The notes: generated by a model not told the origin, from the sequence alone. Shown: positions 17,805 through 29,876, counted from the stretch's first letter. The stretch: DNA of 64,000 nt from Eledone cirrhosa (GCA_964016885.1 OZ024743.1:317750001-317814000), one strand, 5' to 3'. Numbers and translations: made by a program.

Positions 17805-19006
17805 CAAAAACATTATATATGGCAAAAAACATTATATGACAAAAACATGGCAAAAAACATGACAAAAACATTATATTACAAAAAACATTATATATGACAA
17901 AAAACATTATATATGACAAAAAACATTATATGACAAAAAACATTATATGACAAAACACATTGTATGACAAAAAACGTTATATGACAAAAACATATATGAC
18001 AAAAAACATTATATGACAAAAACATTATATGACAAAAAACATTACATATGACAAAAAACATTATATGACAAAAAACATTATATATGACAAAAACTATATA
18101 TGACAAAAAACATTATATGACAAAAAACATTATATATGACAAAAACATTATATGACAAAAACATTATATGACAAAAACATTATATGACAAAAAACATTAT
18201 ATATGACAAAAACTATATATGACAAAAAACATTATATATGACAAAAACATTATATGACAAAAACATTATATGACAAAAAACATTATTATATGACAAAAAA
18301 CATTATGTGACAAAAAACATTATATATGACAAAAACATTATATGACAAAAAACATATATGACAAAACATATATGACAAAAACCTTATATATGACAAAAAA
18401 CATTATATGACAAAAAACATTATATGACAAAAACATATATGACAAAAAACATTATCTGACAAAAAACATTATATGACAAAAAACATATATGACAAAAAAC
18501 ATTATATATGACAAAAAACATATATGACAAAAAACATTATATATGACAAAAACATATGACAAAAAACATATATGACAAAAAACATATGACAAACACATTA
18601 TATATGACAAAAAACATTATATGACAAAAAACATTATATATGACAAAAAGCATTATATATGACAAAAAACATTATATGACAAAAACATATATGACAAAAA
18701 GCATTATATATGACAAAAAACATATGACATAAAACATTATATATGACAAAAACATTATATGACAAAAAACATGACAAAAAACATATGACAAACACATTAT
18801 ATATGACAACAAACATTATATGACAAAAAAATATATATGACAAAAAACATTATACATGACAAAAAGCATTATATATGATAAAAAACATTATATGACAAAA
18901 ACATATATGACAAAAAATATTATATATGACAAAAAAACATTATATATGACAAAAAACATGACAAAAAAACATACATTACCAGAAATCTCATATATTAAAT
19001 AATAAA

Positions 19007-19349
19007 TAGGATCTGCAATGTCAATGTGCGTGAATGATTAAGCATAGATGAGTTGAGAGAGAAACTGTGTATAAGAAGGATAAGGTGTAGTGTGCGGGAG
19101 AGAAGACTGCGTTGGTATGGGCTTGTGATGCGTAAAGAAGTGGCAAGAAATCCCAGTAGAAGGAAGACGCAGTAGAGGAAGACCACGAAAAACATGGGCG
19201 GAGGTGGTGATAGCAGACCTCAGATCGCTGAAACTCACCGAGGAGATGACGAAGGACCGTGACAAGTGGAGAGATGCTGTGCTGAATAGGACCTGTCCCA
19301 CCCTTGCAAGCAGGGTGAAGCGGATGTAAAATGATGATGATGATGATGG
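19007..19349 (+). mobile_element. RTE LINE 3' end fragment with (GAT)n tail
   Basis: Encodes RRLRWYG and RGRPRKTW remnants; ends ...GCGGATGTAAAATGATGATG. Confidence 0.8.
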
Positions 19350-20372
19350 GTTGGGGTCTCAATATGTAAACTAAACGAGTAATTCTGGTTTTTAAAAAAT
19401 CAATGGTGACAACCCTCATCCCCTGCTTATTCCAATACCTCCCGCTTAACCCCCCCCCCCTCTTTATTTGGGACCTGAAAGTACGTGTACATGCACCTCA
19501 AGGGTTATTTTTCAATTTTTTTTCACCAATGAGAAAAGAGGCAATTTTTTAAAATCCTGAAATAAGGTTTATTGGAATTAAATTTCAACTGGGTTGTCCT
19601 GTGTGTATGTGTGTATGTCGGTATGTTATTATGTATGTATGCATGTGTTTGTGTGTAAGTGTCGGTGTGTTACTATGTGTGTGTGTTTATGTGTACATGT
19701 CAGTGTATTAGTATGTGTGCATGTGTCTCTAGTTGTGTGTATGTGCCTGTGTGTTAGTATGTGTGAATGTGTCTGTGTGTATGTGTTAGTGTGTACATGT
19801 TGGTTTGTTAGTATGTGTGCATGTGTCTGTGAGGGTAGGTTGCAAAAAAATTAAGTGTGCAAAATTCTCACAAATCTTTTATTATTTGAAATCCTCCCCC
19901 GTTCTTAACAGTATGACCCTTTAAGTTCAAATCCTGCCATTGTCAATTTTGCTTTTCATCTTTCTGGGGTTCATAATATAAAATACCAGTTGTACACAGG
20001 ACTCAATTTAATTGACTGCTCTTCTCCCTACAAATTTCTGTCCTGTGTTAGAAACAATTATTTTCAATGGCAGAATCATTAGAACCCAAACAAAATATTT
20101 TGTGGGATTTTGTTATGTCTTTTTATGAGTTCAAATCCCACTGAGGTTATCTCTGGCTTTCATCTATCTGGTTTGATAAAATAAAGTACCTGCTGCCTAA
20201 GGGTGGTGGATTGGCGGAATTGTTAGAATGTTGTATGTGATGTCATTGCTGTGTCTCTTTTGGCCCCTTGGATTCGGAGTTTGCCTGTAACATCACTGGT
20301 GTCAAGCTGTATTAACTTTAGCTTTCCCCTGACTAACATCAGATGTAATGTACATATAGTGTATATGTAAGT

Positions 20373-21215
20373 GTGACATTACTGGTACTAAGCTGTGTCA
20401 ACCTTTGTCTTTCCCTTGGACAACATTATATATAGTATATATAGTGTATATGTAAGTGTGACATTACTGGTACCAAGCTGTGTCAACCTTTGTCTTTCCC
20501 TTGGACATTATATATAGTGTATATGTAAGTTGTGACATTACTGGTACCAAGCTGTGTCAACCTTTGTCTTTCCCATGGACAACATTATATATAGTATATA
20601 TAGTGTATATGTAAGTTGTGACATTACTGGTACCAAGCTGTGTCAACCTTTGTCTTTCCCTTGGACATTATATATAGTGTATATGTAAGTTGTGACATTA
20701 CTGGTACCAAGCTGTGTCAACCTTTGTCTTTCCCTTGGACATTATATATAGTGTATATGTAAGTTGTGACATTACTGGTACCAAGCTGTATCAACCTTTG
20801 TCTTTCCCTTGGACATTATATATAGTGTATATGTAAGTTGTGACATTACTGGTACCAAGCTGTGTCAACCTTTGTCTTTCCCTTGGACAACATTATATAT
20901 AGTATATATAGTGTATATGTAAGTTGTGACATTACTGGTACCAAGCTGTGTCAACCTTTGTCTTTCCCATGGACAACATTATATATAGTATATATAGTGT
21001 ATATGTAAGTGTGACATTACTGGTACCAAGCTGTGTCAACCTTTGTCTTTCCCATGGACAACATTATATATAGTATATATAGTGTATATGTAAGTTGTGA
21101 CATTACTGGTACCAAGCTGTGTCAACCTTTGTCTTTCCCATGGACATTATATATAGTATATATGTAATTTGTGACATTACTGGTACCAAGCTGTATCAAC
21201 CTATGTCTTTCCTTG
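20373..21215. repeat. Minisatellite, 11 units of 74 or 85/86 bp (GTGACATTACTGGTACCAAGCTGTGTCAACCTTTGTCTTTCCC...)
   Basis: Unit starts at 20373, 20458, 20532, 20618, 20692, 20766, 20840, 20926, 21011, 21097, 21171. Confidence 0.95.
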
Positions 21216-21859
21216 GGGCAACATTAGTGTTGGGTAAAGTGAAGACTTGGTCTTCTCCAATAAAATATTACTCAGGCTTCCATCTTGGAGCGGAAGTTTC
21301 CTTGTGCAAACAATGTGTCAGCCATGACTGAAGGGGTCTTCAGTTACTATTATTATTAGTAGTTTTATTATTATTACTACTACTACTACTACTTCTACTA
21401 TGTGTAGTGTGCATATTCATATTATACATAAATATACATGCATGTAGATATGATACGTCAAATAAAATCGCAATTGAGAATATGCACAGAAATTGAAGAG
21501 AGACTACACTGTCTTCTGTAATCAGTAAAGTAATCCATGATACATTTTAAAAAGACAACATTTTATATAAACTGCATTACGGTGAAATGTTATGAAAATG
21601 AAAAAGGAGAAAATTAACGACGGAAATATAAATGTTATGATGCAAATATATGAACATTTATATAAGCGATGTAATATAGGGTGCGGCTATATGTGTTATG
21701 AGATAATGGACGCTAACCGGAAAGAAGCAAATCTTAAAATAAGCAGCACATTGGAAAAGAAAACGTTAATAGAATAAGAAAACAAAACCTGTCTGTGTGT
21801 GTGCATGTGTGTTCATTATTCCAAGGGTACATATTATAATAGGAATTTTTTCTGTTTTC

Positions 21860-22036
21860 ATCCTCCACCTTCAGGTTATTTCTATATTCAGATCTTTATA
21901 TTTGGATAATTTCTCCATTTCTTTATCAGTGGATACTAATACATCAATTAAAAGACTTTTCTTTTCTTTCTGATCTTTGACTACAATATCTGGTTGCTTG
22001 GCTTTGATTTCCCCATCTGTGTGTATTGACATGTAC
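21860..22036 (-). pseudogene. Fragment of a restriction-like endonuclease domain from an R4/Dong-type non-LTR element
   Basis: Minus strand reads HTDGEIKAKQPDIVVKDQKEKKSLLIDV...EKLSKYKDLNIEI (PD..D..K-Y motif). Confidence 0.65.
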
Positions 22037-22669
22037 TCAGAAAATAGCGCCTATGGCAAGCAGTGAAATTGTGCCCCTACCCAGCACTCTATTTTTACCT
22101 ATGGCCCTAATAATTTATATAAATGGTTTACTGATCCAGCCAGCATAGTGTTCTCATCCATGATAATCAAAGACAGATCATACATCTAAAGGAGTTTCTT
22201 TTTTTACTCTCCGACGAGGCTTATTTGACTTTAATAGAATGTGCTCCTAGTTACACCACTGCATACACTAATATAGTTGCTTTGCATACACCTTTTCTGG
22301 TGTATGCCTATACCACCTCTTTTCTGTCATTGTTTCGTAATGTGGGCAAAACTTGTTGTGTATGTAGATTCCAACACTCCCATGTCTGTATATATATATA
22401 TATATATATATATACTTTTTGACAAAGATGAGTCAGTGAGAGACAGTGTGCTTAATTGTTTCTTCCCTGCCTCCACATATTCTGCAATTAATTGCTATAT
22501 CCTGATTCATTATGTACTTTTGTTGGTTTCTTATGGGAGGGCAATGGAATGTCCCATAGAAATATTGTTTCCTTGGTTTGATCTAATGATCAGCACCTTT
22601 CCTTTATTAGTGGAGGTGGTGGGGAGTTGAACTTATTCATGTTGACATATTTTCTTTTCTATTTCACAG

Positions 22670-22730
22670 AAAACCAAATTCCAACAGAAGAAAAGAAAAA
22701 AATGAGTTATTTTGAAATCATGAAAATCCC
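22670..22730 (+). CDS. SLC37/GlpT-like sugar-phosphate antiporter, internal exon A
   Basis: tttcttttctatttcacAG acceptor, GTAAGC donor; encodes NQIPTEEKKKMSYFEIMKIP; phase 2 joins exon B. Confidence 0.8.
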
Positions 22731-23117
22731 GTAAGCACCATTTTAGATTAATAAAACTAACAATAGATGTTGAACAATGAAAAAAAAGACACAGTTTAGT
22801 GCTTAATCAGTTCATTGTTTTACAATCGCTTCAGAAGGTTGATTCATAATGATAAATTGATATAGTGACTAATGCTGTGGTTTCAAAGCTGTGTACTGCA
22901 AGATGTAACTAGATGCACCACAAAAGACTAAGATTAAGTTTTAAGATATGAAAAATATAAACTGAAATTCGTATGAAAGTTCATATATAACTGTCTAAGT
23001 GGCAAATAAGTTAAGTTTAATACCAAGATTTGTGAAAATAGCACAATATATCAACTCCGTTAAGAATGAGAGGTGGTTTGTGTGTTCAATTTATTTTGGC
23101 TAATTATGCCAGATATA

Positions 23118-23378
23118 TCATCATCATCATCATCATTTTACGTCCGCTTTTCCCTGCTTGCAAGGGTGGGACGGGAACTGATTCTGGCTAAACGTGGCGC
23201 CTACACGTCCACTTTGCAGTGGAATGATAGGGACCCCAGTCCAATCATCTCATTTCTACAGCTGAGTAAACTGGAGCAATGTGAAATAAAGTGACTTGTT
23301 CAAGGAAACAACACATCACCCAGTCTGAGAATTGAACTCACAACCTTTCGATTGCAAGCCCAATGCTATGCGCCTTCA
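23118..23378 (-). mobile_element. SINE family B (tRNA head, CORE-like centre, RTE tail), internally deleted
   Basis: Reverse complement of 27418-27763 with an internal deletion; (GAT)n tail. Confidence 0.8.
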
Positions 23379-23984
23379 TGATGTGTTATTAAATTTAATA
23401 AGAATCTATATTACACTGTAAAACATCTAAGCCTTGCTAGTTGGCCAGGGGAGGATGGGCCTAGAACCTTTTAACTCTGTGTTATGCTAATATGTACAAA
23501 AAACTCTTTTGAATAATTTTTTTAATTTATGGCACAAAGTGTACCAACATATTTTTACTTTTTCAAAAATGTGCTGTGACTAAAAAAGGTTTAAGAACCA
23601 CTGGACTAATCTATTGTAGTTATGTAATTCCATATTATTAGTTTCAATATTATAGCTCCATCTCACCATCTAACCTTTTGAAATGATCTTAAAACAAGGA
23701 ACTGATTAAGCACTAAATTTCGCCTTCTGTTTCCATTGTTCAACATATACATATGACTCTGTTGCATAGTTGAATGCTCAACGAAAACCAGGATAATGAA
23801 TGCTTACTATAAAAACAAGAACTCTCATCACCTGATCTCATTGGAATTATTACTAACAGTAATAAACTTTAAAAGAAGCATGAATATTATACGACCATAT
23901 TCCTTTTGTTCTGTAAATCTGAAACTATATCTGTTTAAGAAAGGAATATATTGTATATCCAATTACTCTATTATTACTCTTTCC

Positions 23985-24425
23985 AAGGCCAGATGGTTGA
24001 CAGTATTGGTAGAATGTCAGACTCCATGCTTTGCAGCAATAGTTATGGCCATGTACTTTCTGAGTTCAAATCCTGCCAAGGATATCTTTGCCTTTCATCC
24101 TTACAGGGTCGATAAAATAAACTACCAATAATGCACTGGGGTTGATTTAATTCACTTTGGCTCAACCCAAAATTGTTGGTCTTGTGCCAAAATCAGAAAC
24201 CATTATTACTCTTTCCAAGGCAGTATTGGTAGAGTGTTGAACAACATGTTTTGTGGCATATAGTTACAGCCCTTTATATTCTGAATTCAAATACCACCGA
24301 GGTTAGCTCTGCCTTTCATCCTTACAGGTCCGATATAATAAAATACCAGTAATGCTCTAGGGTCAATGTAATCAACTTCCCTTCCTTCCCTTCAAATTGT
24401 TGGCCTTGTGCCAAATGTAAAATTA
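23985..24425 (+). mobile_element. Two tandem SINE family A copies immediately upstream of the exon B acceptor
   Basis: Two head-to-tail copies with B boxes and the central GCCTTTCATCCTTAC motif; repeated ATTATTACTCTTTC flank. Confidence 0.8.
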
Positions 24426-24438
24426 TTTCTCTTTCTAG

Positions 24439-24529
24439 AATGGTGTTTGATGTAGCATTGGCTGTGTTTTGTCTGAAAGTAGTGCGTTACTGTATGTTCA
24501 TGTGGTTACCAATGTATTTATACAACGAG
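24439..24529 (+). CDS. SLC37/GlpT-like antiporter, exon B (TM7 region)
   Basis: ctttctAG acceptor, GAG|GTAAG donor; MVFDVALAVFCLKVVRYCMFMWLPMYLYNE matches the OPA-family RY..WLP.YL motif; phase 0 to exon C. Confidence 0.92.
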
Positions 24530-24576
24530 GTAAGATTACATTTTTTGAGCTTTTTTTACCAAATGTGAGGCAGGCA

Positions 24577-26299
24577 TTGCCTAAACTTATTCTTGCAAAG
24601 GTTAGACAGAATAAGGACATAGCAATAGCAGTTGCGTCCTCTGGAATCGCAGCAACTTTGCTCCCTGGTGGAAGGACGGCACATTCAGTTTTTAAATTGC
24701 CCCTTGATTTGGCAAAATTGGAAACTCCTACTTGTCATATCACCAAAGACTCCGAAAGGGCTCATCTGCTGCGAAGGTGTCACCTTATTGTTTGGGATGA
24801 GTGCACAATGGCACACAAAGGTGCTCTTGAGGTACTAGACAGGTCTTTGCAAGACATACGGGATTGCAGTGATGTTATGGGAGGTGTCACTCTTCTGCTA
24901 TCAGGAGACTTCAGACAGACTCTTCCTATAATACCGAAAGGAACAAGAGCAAATGCGGTATATGCATGTCTTGTGGCGACAAGTGACATCATTAAGACTA
25001 ACTACCAACATGTGTGCAAGATTGCATGGGGACCCTCTGTCATCAACATTTTCTGGGGACATTCTTACAATAGGAGATGGTAACCTACCTCCGGATACAG
25101 ATGGACACATAGCAGTTGATCACATCTGCAATGTAGTTGAAACAGTCGATGATCTCAAGGCGAGTGTATTCCCGAATTTGCGTGATAACTATACGAATCT
25201 TGATTGGCTATACGAAAGAGCCATTCTTGCACCCAAAAATATCACGGTTAGCTGTATTAACGATCAGCTTCTTCAGCTTCTTCCTGGATGTCCATGGATA
25301 TATAAATCTATTGATACTGTATGTGATCCACAGTATGCGGTCAATTATCCAGTTGAATTTCTAAATTCTTTAAATCCTCCTGGTTTACCTCCTAATACAT
25401 TGGTTCTGAAAGTGGGAACACCAGTTATTTTGCTGAGAAATATCACTCCTCCAAAACTATGCAATGGTACACGCCTTGTGGTTAAAAAACTGTCTCCACT
25501 TAGTATTGACGCTATCATTCTATCCGGATGTGGAAAAGGCGAGGATGTGATAATAACAAAAATTAGCCTGACTACATCAGGCATGGATATTCCCTTCTCC
25601 TTTCGCCGAACCCAATTTCCCCTTCGTTTTGCCTTTGTGATGTCCATAAACAAGTCGCAAGGTCAAATTCTATCCGTCGCTGGAATTCACGTGGATGAAC
25701 CTTGCTTTTCGCATGAACAATTCTACGTTACCTGCTCACGAGTTGGCAGCAGAGATAATCTCTTTGCGTTTGTTCCGAAAAGAAAAACAAAGAATATCGT
25801 CTATCCTGAAGTGCTTTAGTGTTAACAAAAACACTTATTACAGCTCTGCCTTGACTTCACCTTACTCATTATAAAACATACCAATGAATATGTCATGCAG
25901 GATATTTTGGATTATAAGTTCAAAATTTAACTATACACAGCAAAGGATGCTCTCAAAGAATACATTTTCTCTTATTCTACTCTCATTGTTTTTTTGTTTG
26001 TATACAATACTGCTTTCATTACAACTTTTTGTACTTTAGCAAAACTGCCTGTTTTTTTACAGATTTGCAACATGTATTGTCTTTAATCATTTGTAGAACT
26101 ACATCCTGTTCAGTGTTTTCCTTCATTATCAGCATAGTTTTATGTGTACAAAGATTGCACTAAATATTCGTTTGCATTAATTATTGAAGACTGCTTATTT
26201 TGACAGGTTGGGGACAAATAATTTTCTTCTTTTACTTCCTAGCTGTATATTCTTAGCATAATTTCAAACCCCGGGCAACACCGGGTAAATCTGTTATTA
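24577..26299 (+). mobile_element. 5'-truncated Helitron: frameshifted PIF1-like helicase (24577-25819) and 3' terminal hairpin
   Basis: ASSGIAATLLPGGRTAHS, IVWDECTM, SGDFRQTLP, LCNGTRL, INKSQGQ, SRV motifs; frameshift near 24970; hairpin CCCGGGCAACACCGGG near 26270 with a decayed CTAG end. Confidence 0.92.
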
Positions 26300-26304
26300 C
26301 AATA

Positions 26305-26529
26305 TAAACAGGATATCAGAAAAAACTAGGCAACATTTGTTGAAGTTTAAAGAAACATTTATTCATACAATAGACTGTCTAACATGTGTTTCAATAGTTA
26401 TGTATTGTGCTGTGCAAGATAGTGGATTAAATGATAATTCAGTTTTCATGGGATAGGCGATTACATAATTGTATTGAAACACATTGAACTTCAACAAATG
26501 TTGCCTAGTTCTTCCTGATGACCTCTTTA
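26305..26529. mobile_element. MITE / non-autonomous DNA transposon with ~45-bp TIRs
   Basis: TAAACAGGATATCAGAAAAAACTAGGCAACATTTGTTGAAGTT is the imperfect reverse complement of 26485-26529; single TIR copies also near 38156 and 49077. Confidence 0.75.
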
Positions 26530-26535
26530 TATTAT

Positions 26536-26889
26536 ATCATCATTCATCATTTCATCATCATTTCATTTTACGTCCACTTTTCACTGCTTGCAAGGGTGGG
26601 ACGGGAACTGATTCTGGCTTGATTTCTACAGCTGGAGCGCCCTTCCTAACACCAACCTCATTTACAGTGAGTGTTGGGTGCTTTTTTGCCGTGGCACCTC
26701 CACGACCACTTTACAGTGGAATGATAGGGGCCCATGTCCCTATCATCTCATTTCTACAGCTGAGTAAACTGGAGCAATGTGAAATAAAGTGTCTTGCTCA
26801 AGGAAACAACACATCATCCTGTCTGAGAATTGAACTCACAACCTTTCGATTGCAAGGCCAATGCTCTAACCACTAAGCCATGTGCCTCC
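26536..26889 (-). mobile_element. SINE family B, full length
   Basis: Near-identical reverse complement of 27418-27763. Confidence 0.9.
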
Positions 26890-26951
26890 ATCATCATCAT
26901 CATTTTACGTCCGCTTTTCCCTGCTTGCAAGGGTGGGACGGATCTTATACT

Positions 26952-26981
<30 letters not shown>

Positions 26982-26985
<4 letters not shown>

Positions 26986-27323
26986 CCCCGTCCCACCACC
27001 CCCACCCCCACCCCATCCACACCGCCCCCTTCTATGTAAAGTTATGTTGGTGCCACACCATCCAGGCCGAAACAAATGAGATCGTGTAGGTGTCACGACA
27101 AAAAAACACACAGTCCACGCTGTAATGTGGCCGTGTAGGCAACACGGTAAAAACCTCCCAGACCCACACTGTAAACGTGGTTGGTGTTAGGAAGGGCATC
27201 CAACTGTAGAAAACCTGCCAGACAGTCCTATGCGAGCAAGACAATCACTCTTGCCTCAAGTGGGAAAACCCCCGTCCAAACCCATGCAAGCGTGGAACAC
27301 AGACGTTAAACGTTGATGATGAT
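26982..27323 (+). mobile_element. 3' UTR-only copy of the RTE LINE at 34211-36813
   Basis: Nearly identical to 36461-36813; (GAT)n tail; inserted next to (TA)n. Confidence 0.9.
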
Positions 27324-27377
27324 ATATATATATAAGGAAAAGAAATCGAAATGCAATTATAAAGTTAATAAGAGCAC

Positions 27378-27417
<40 letters not shown>

Positions 27418-27419
<2 letters not shown>

Positions 27420-27763
27420 AGGCACATGGCTTAGTGGTTAGAGCATTGGCCTTGCAATCGAAAGGTTGTGAGTTCAATTCTCAGACCAGGTGTTGTGTTG
27501 TTTCCTTGAGCAAGACACTTTATTTCACATTGCTCCAGTTTACTCAGCTGTAGAAATGAGATGATAGGTACTGGGGTCCCTATCATTCCACTGCAAAGTG
27601 GTCATGGAGGTGCCACGGCAAAAAAGCACCCAGCACTCACTGTAAATGAGGTTGGTGTTAGGAAGGGCATCCAGCTGTAGAAATCAAGCCAGAATCAGTT
27701 CCCGTCCCACCCTTGCAAGCAGGGAAAAAGCGGACGTAAAATGAAATGATGATGATGAATGAT
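27418..27763 (+). mobile_element. SINE family B, full length
   Basis: tRNA head TGGCTTAGTGGTTAGAGC...GAGTTCAATTC, CORE-like CCTTGAGCAAGACACTT, RTE-derived tail with (GAT)n. Confidence 0.9.
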
Positions 27764-28020
27764 ATATATATATATATATAAGGAAAAGAAATCGAAAATG
27801 CAATTATATAGTTAATAAGAGCAGGTGTGCAGTACAAATATAAATTTTAAAATATAAAAATGCATCTCCAAAAGATATTTTTAATAATGGATATAAAAAA
27901 GTTAGACTGTATCATTCAGTCATAAAGATAAACTATTATTTTTCAAACCATTCAAAGGTAATAATGTTGAATAGTATACTCAGCAAAATAAAGATCAAAT
28001 AAAGGTTGGAGTGTTATTGT

Positions 28021-28205
28021 AGATTGGCAGTATCGGTAGAAGGTCGGACGCCATGCTTTGAGCAAAGAGTTACGGCGCTTTGTGGTCTGAGTTCAAATCC
28101 TGCTGAGGTTAACTTTGCCTTTCATCCTTATGGGATCGATAAAATAAAGTACCAGTAATACACTGGGATAATTGCTGGCCTTGTGCCAAAAGTAGAAACA
28201 ATTAT
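28021..28205 (+). mobile_element. SINE family A
   Basis: Homologous to 840-1026. Confidence 0.85.
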
Positions 28206-28252
28206 TAATCAAACCATTCAAAGGAATTAATGTTGAGTATATATATATATAT

Positions 28253-29798
28253 AAGCCGCTCTACCTGGTATTCGTCGATCTGGAGAAAGCCTTTGACAGA
28301 GTTCCCCGTACTATAATCTGGTGGGCTCTTAGAAAACTACGAGTAGATGAATGGCTTGTGAAAGCTGTATAAGCCATGTATAGGGGAGCAGTTAGCAAAG
28401 TTAGGATTAGCAATGACTATAGCGAGGAATTTAGCATTCAGGTCGGTGTCCACCAGTTCGGTGCCCTCTCCTGTTCATCATAGTTTTGCAGGCAATAACG
28501 GAGGAGTTTAAGACCAGATGCCCATGGGAACTCCTGTATGCAGATGACCTCGCACTTATAGCTGAATCTATGGTAGAACTAGAGATGAAATTCCAAACAT
28601 GGAAGCAGGGACTAGAAAGACGGGGTCTCAAAGTCAACCTGACAAAGACTAAGATCCTTGTAAGTAGACGAGAAAACAGAACCCAGATCCCCTCAGGGAA
28701 ATGGCCTTGCTCAGTATGTAGGAAAGGTGTAGGTAGGAACTCCATCCTCTGCCTCAAGTGCAAACAATGGGTACACAAGAGGTGTAGGGGATCTCAGGAA
28801 GCTTAACTAAGAATGTAGGCTTCACATGTTGCAGCCTGGCTGGGACAGCAAGCAGCAAACAGCCACAGGAAACAAGCACCACCAAACTCTGGGAGGGCTC
28901 TGTAGAAACAGTAGACAGCTTCTGCTACCTAGGTGACCGAATTAGCAGCGGAGGTGGGTGTTCAGAAAGTACAATAACTAGGGTAAGAACGGGATGGAAG
29001 AAGTTCAGGGAGCCACTGCTAGCTGCAAAGGGCTTTTCCCTCAAAATGCAGGGCAGACTGTATGATGCGTGTATACGAACAGCAATGTTACATGGTAGTG
29101 AGACCTGGGCACTGTCTGTAGAAGACTTACATAGATTAGAAAGAAACGAAGCCTGCATGCTCCAATGGATGTGTAATAGTAATATACGCGAAATGCAAAG
29201 CATAAACGAAGTGAGATAGAGACTGAGCATAAGAAGAATCAAATGCTGTCTGCAGGAGAGGAGGTTGCGTTGGTATGGACATGTGATGCGTATGAAGGAT
29301 GACAGCTGCATAAAAAGGTGCAGAGCACTAGAAGTGGAGTGGGGAGACCCAAGAAGACCTGGGATGAGGTAATAAAAGCCGACCTTACCCAATTACACCT
29401 CTCAAAGGCGATGACACACGACCGTAACCACTGGCATCACACAGTAATACAGAAGACCCAATCCCCCACGAGTACAAGCCGAAGCTGAAGCATATAGACA
29501 ATATGCCCCACACCCACACCCTCCCACTGCAAAGTGGTCGTGGAGGTGCCACGGCAAAAAAGCACCCAGCCCACACTGTAAAGTGGACGTGTAGACGCCA
29601 ACGAAAAAAAATCCCCCAGCACTCACTGTTAATGAGGTTGGTGTTAGGAAGGGCATCCAGCTGTAGAAATCAAGCCAGAATCAGTTCCCGTATGAGCAAG
29701 ACAAGGTCAGCCGACCGGCTACTGCCCACAACAGGACAACCTGTCTAACCCATGCTAGCGTGGAAGAATGGACGTAAAACAGCAGTGATGATGATGAT
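28253..29798 (+). mobile_element. Decayed 5'-truncated RTE LINE (RT and 3' UTR), related to 34211-36813
   Basis: FVDLEKAFDRVP, ELLYADD, WPCSVCRKGVGRNSILC with stops and frameshifts; (GAT)n tail. Confidence 0.92.
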
Positions 29799-29876
29799 AT
29801 ATATATATATATATATATATTTCGTTTCTGAATTTGTTTAGCAAGATTCTTTATCTGAAAACGTGTGTTGAAACCA

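Larger units (their letters stand above)
1..18973. repeat. Satellite array of variable 12-19 bp units: ATGACAAAAAAC plus a spacer from {none, AT, ATT, ATAT, ATTAT, ATTATAT, rarer variants}; runs off the left edge
   Basis: Directly visible. The many short ORFs here (MTKNIIYDKKH... / MSYIMFFVI...) are translations of the repeat. Confidence 0.99.

Noticed and set aside
1-18973. Dozens of short ORFs in the satellite; possible CRISPR-like or repetitive-protein locus
   Set aside because: The ORFs are translations of the repeat on both strands. Spacers are tiny and reused, and there are no cas genes in this eukaryotic context.
24469-24576. N-terminus of the 204-aa helicase ORF
   Set aside because: It overlaps host exon B in another frame plus intron sequence; Helitron homology starts only near 24577.
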